26,769 bases of DNA. It comes from a virus (Duplodnaviria > Caudoviricetes). The notes beneath the pieces are model-generated. The model did no database searches. It saw only the letters and a program-made list of their open reading frames with translations, and had not been told where the DNA came from. Shown piece by piece: positions 24,340 through 26,769 of this stretch. Numbering within the stretch: position 1 is the stretch's first letter; the number at the start of each line of letters is the position of its first letter. The position numbers were made by a program, and so were the translations under genes. Location of the stretch: positions 1 to 26,769 of IMG/VR virus record IMGVR_UViG_3300031248_000009; one strand, 5' to 3'.

Positions 24340-25550
24340 GCATCACTCCGGTAACAGCGACTATGCCTGGAATCAGAACTTCAACAACGGCAACCAGACC
24401 TGGAACCACAAGAACAACAACAACCGGGCGCGCGCGGTCCGCAAATGGAAACGATGCAGGGTTCACCTTTCAGGATCTCGTCGTAGCGTATTTCGATTGC
24501 CGGCGCACGAAGAGGAACACCGCAAGCGCCCTCGCCTTCGAACAGGATCTGGAGCGCAACCTCGCCGAGCTGCACGAAAGTATCGAGGACCGCAGCTACC
24601 AGCCTGGACGCTCGATCTGCTTCGTCATCACCAGGCCCAAGCCTCGGGAGGTCTGGGCGGCCGGATTCCGCGACCGCGTGGTCCACCATCTGCTCTACAA
24701 CCGCATCGGCCCGATATTCGAACGATCGTTCGTTGCGGACTCCTGCGCCTGCATCAAGGGGCGCGGGACGCTCTACGCGGCGACTCGAATGGAAGCGAAG
24801 ATCCGCTCGATCACCCAGAACTGGTCGCGGCGCGCGTTCTACCTCAAGTGCGACCTGGCGAACTTCTTCGTCAGCATCGATAAGCGCATCCTCTTCGACC
24901 TGATCACGCGCAAGGTGAGTGACCCCGCGTCGCTGTGGCTTGCCGAGACGATCCTCTTTCACGACCCGCGACCTGGTGCGCAGGTTCAGGGGTCGCCTTC
25001 GAAGTTCGCGCTGATCCCGCCGCACAAGAGCCTCTTCAACCAGTCCCCGGACTTCGGGCTTCCGATCGGGAACCTCGGCTCGCAGTTCTTCGCGAACGTG
25101 TATCTCGACGAGTTGGACCAGTTCGTCAAGCACCGGCTCGGCTGCCGGCATTACGTCCGGTACGTCGATGACTTCATCCTCCTGCACGAGTCGCAGCAGC
25201 AGTTGAGCGCCTGGCTGTCCGAGATCCGCAACTTCCTGCCGGCTCGCCTCGGGTTGAAGTTGAACGACTCGAAAACGATCCTGCAGCCGATCGACCGTGG
25301 CGTCGATGTCGTCGGCCAGGTGGTGAAGCCCTGGCGCCGGACGCTACGCCGCAGGACATTCAACGATGCGATGCGCAGGATGGGCGTGGTGCCGGACGAA
25401 GAGACGTTCACGTCCGCCAACAGCTACTTTGGCCTCTTGCGCCAGACGAGCAGGAGCCACGCGGACAGGGCGCAGCTCGCGAAGGTCGTGATGCACCGCG
25501 GGCACGTCGTCGATGGCCGCTTCACGAAGGCATTCCGGAGATCAGCATGA
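24216..25550 (+). CDS. DGR reverse transcriptase (true start uncertain)
   Basis: KPREVWAAGFRDRVVHH, LKCDLANFFVSI, GLPIGNLGSQFFANVYLD (the SQ motif characteristic of DGR RTs), YVRYVDDF catalytic motif. Confidence 0.95.
   Translation: MPLAHEATAMRVTDTARQAEERSGAVSPLRIRRGDVDSSIDRITPVTATMPGIRTSTTATRPGTTRTTTTGRARSANGNDAGFTFQDLVVAYFDCRRTKRNTASALAFEQDLERNLAELHESIEDRSYQPGRSICFVITRPKPREVWAAGFRDRVVHHLLYNRIGPIFERSFVADSCACIKGRGTLYAATRMEAKIRSITQNWSRRAFYLKCDLANFFVSIDKRILFDLITRKVSDPASLWLAETILFHDPRPGAQVQGSPSKFALIPPHKSLFNQSPDFGLPIGNLGSQFFANVYLDELDQFVKHRLGCRHYVRYVDDFILLHESQQQLSAWLSEIRNFLPARLGLKLNDSKTILQPIDRGVDVVGQVVKPWRRTLRRRTFNDAMRRMGVVPDEETFTSANSYFGLLRQTSRSHADRAQLAKVVMHRGHVVDGRFTKAFRRSA
24340..24446 (+). repeat. 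DGR template repeat (TR)
   Basis: 36 adenines, with 10 AAC and 1 AAT codons in the target reading frame; ends in the G/C-only 14-mer CCGGGCGCGCGCGG (24424-24437) shared with both VRs. Confidence 0.95.
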
Positions 25551-25750
25551 GCATCGAGATCGAGAAGCAGATCGCCTGCATCGAACGCGAGATCGGGTTC
25601 CGGGAGCGGGTCTATCCGCGCTGGGTCGCGGCCGGCAAAATGAAGCAGGAGAAGGCCGACTACGAGATCGCGGCCATGCGGGCGGTGCTGGAGACCCTGA
25701 AGGCCATTCCAGCACGTCAGCCCGATCTGCTTGGAGGAAAGGCAGCGTGA
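25547..25750 (+). CDS. Hypothetical phage protein, 67 aa
   Basis: QIACIEREIGFRERVYPRWV..GKM; ATGA-coupled to the RT. Confidence 0.7.
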   Translation: MSIEIEKQIACIEREIGFRERVYPRWVAAGKMKQEKADYEIAAMRAVLETLKAIPARQPDLLGGKAA

Positions 25751-25953
25751 ACGCCCCTGTAATGCATGGAAACGCATTACGGGCGACGCAGCGGTCCTGC
25801 CAGTACTGCGGAGCTGCCTTCGTACCGAAGCGCGTCTGGGCGCGATTCTGTAGCCCATCCTGCCGGAACCGTTTTCACTCCAGCAAGGGTGAGTCCAAGC
25901 GGCTGGACGACCTTGAGCGCCGCGTCAGGGCGCTGGAGGAGCGGCCGGCGTGA
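25747..25953 (+). CDS. Small Zn-finger protein, 68 aa
   Basis: GTG 25747 with GGAGG upstream; CQYCG..F........FCSPSCR and a C-terminal coiled coil. Confidence 0.65.
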   Translation: MNAPVMHGNALRATQRSCQYCGAAFVPKRVWARFCSPSCRNRFHSSKGESKRLDDLERRVRALEERPA

Positions 25954-26150
25954 GTCTCACCCTGACGCGGGACGAACTGCGGGACCTGTCAGGGCGTCTG
26001 CGGCGTTCCGCCGTCATTCGGTGGCTCGATTCGCAACGCATCCCGTACCTGCTCGACGCGGACGGCTGGCCGAAGGTCTTACGCGCTGCCGTTCTTGACC
26101 AGCGAATCGAAAGACCGCAATCTTCCGAGCCTCGCCTCCGGCTCGCCTGA
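25950..26150 (+). CDS. DUF4224-like putative excisionase
   Basis: LTRDELRDLSG......IRWL....IPY...ADGWPKVLR, directly before the integrase. Confidence 0.75.
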   Translation: MSLTLTRDELRDLSGRLRRSAVIRWLDSQRIPYLLDADGWPKVLRAAVLDQRIERPQSSEPRLRLA

Positions 26151-26769
26151 TGAACCGTCCCCGCAAGAAAGACCGGCACTTGCCGGCGAAGATGTATTTC
26201 AAGCACGGCCGTCACTGGTTCGTCGAGGCCGGGAAGTGGCGCCCACTGCCGAAGGATCTCGGCCCGGCGCTCATCGAGTACGCGCGGATCGTGGACCAGC
26301 CCAAAGGCGGCGGTATGCCGGCCCTGATCGACCGTGTGCTGGGTCACATCGGTCCGACGCTGGCACCGAGTACGCTGAGCCAGTACCAGCTAGCAGCCAA
26401 GAAGCTGAAGGCTGCACTCCTCGAATTCTCCCCTGACCAAGTGAAGCCGAAGCACGTTGCTGCGATCAAGGTGCACTACGCGAAGACGCCGAACATGACG
26501 AACCGGATGTTGTCGGTGCTGCGCACGGTGTTCGCTCATGCCGTCGAGTGGCAGCTCGTCGAATCGAACCCCTGCATAGGCATCCGGCGCCATGAGGAAC
26601 AGAAGCGCACGCGCTACCTCAGCGATGACGAGTTCACCGCGATCAAGCGGTGCGCGAATCCGCGGCTCGCGGGGATCATGGACGTGGCCTATTTCACCGG
26701 CCAGCGCATCAGCGACGTGCTCGCGATCCGGTACGCCGACATTTCCGAGACAGGTATCCAGTTCAAACA
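26150..26769 (+). CDS. int: Tyrosine integrase, truncated at the window edge
   Basis: Not in the ORF track. From ATG 26150: MNRPRKKDRHLPAKMYFKHG...NRMLSVLRTVF.HAVEW..VESNPC...RTRYLSDDEF...AYFTGQRISDVL (first catalytic Arg). Confidence 0.92.
   Translation, partial: MNRPRKKDRHLPAKMYFKHGRHWFVEAGKWRPLPKDLGPALIEYARIVDQPKGGGMPALIDRVLGHIGPTLAPSTLSQYQLAAKKLKAALLEFSPDQVKPKHVAAIKVHYAKTPNMTNRMLSVLRTVFAHAVEWQLVESNPCIGIRRHEEQKRTRYLSDDEFTAIKRCANPRLAGIMDVAYFTGQRISDVLAIRYADISETGIQFK

Larger units (their letters stand above)
1..26769. mobile_element. Temperate phage/prophage with podovirus-like morphogenesis genes, spanning the whole window
   Basis: Portal, capsid, tail tubes, repressor/cro switch and integrase; no host genes or att site visible. 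Confidence 0.95.

Noticed and set aside
24379-24424. AAC runs as a microsatellite or CRISPR-like repeat
   Set aside because: Fully explained as AAC codons of the DGR template repeat; there is no repeat-spacer array or cas gene.
24216-25550. RT as a group II intron, retron or Abi RT
   Set aside because: The adjacent avd, the TR/VR pairs with adenine-specific mismatches and the GNLGSQ motif identify a DGR RT.
26150-26769. attP/attL site or tRNA near the integrase
   Set aside because: The integrase runs off the window, so no att core or tRNA is visible.

Overview
This window is a GC-rich, gene-dense segment of a temperate phage or prophage with podovirus-type (T7/BPP-1-like) virion genes and a lambdoid control region; a betaproteobacterial host is my inference only. 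The minus strand (1-18966) runs from cro, a CII-like gene, a C5 DNA methyltransferase, a replication initiator, NinB and RusA into portal, a Gly-rich fibre-like insert, scaffold, major capsid, tail tubular A/B, a GNAT and ejection proteins. A repressor/cro switch lies at about 18766-20080, with four 18-bp operators and two clear sigma70 promoters. The plus-strand early operon (20116-end) carries a YqaJ exonuclease, a putative annealing protein, a DUF4224 excisionase-like gene and a truncated tyrosine integrase. The main result is a complete diversity-generating retroelement (avd, template repeat 24340-24446, RT) with two variable repeats (20394-20500 and 23684-23790). Almost all differences from the template are at adenines. 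Neither target is a tail fibre: both are small stand-alone C-type-lectin/DUF1566-like proteins in the early operon, and one is the first gene after the repressed promoter. Other oddities are a capsid leader with three ACAA-bulged hairpins (one hides the capsid start), an RT reading frame that runs through the template repeat, and an HNH nuclease with a signal-peptide-like N-terminus but no canonical start codon. All family names come from motif recognition, not database searches.
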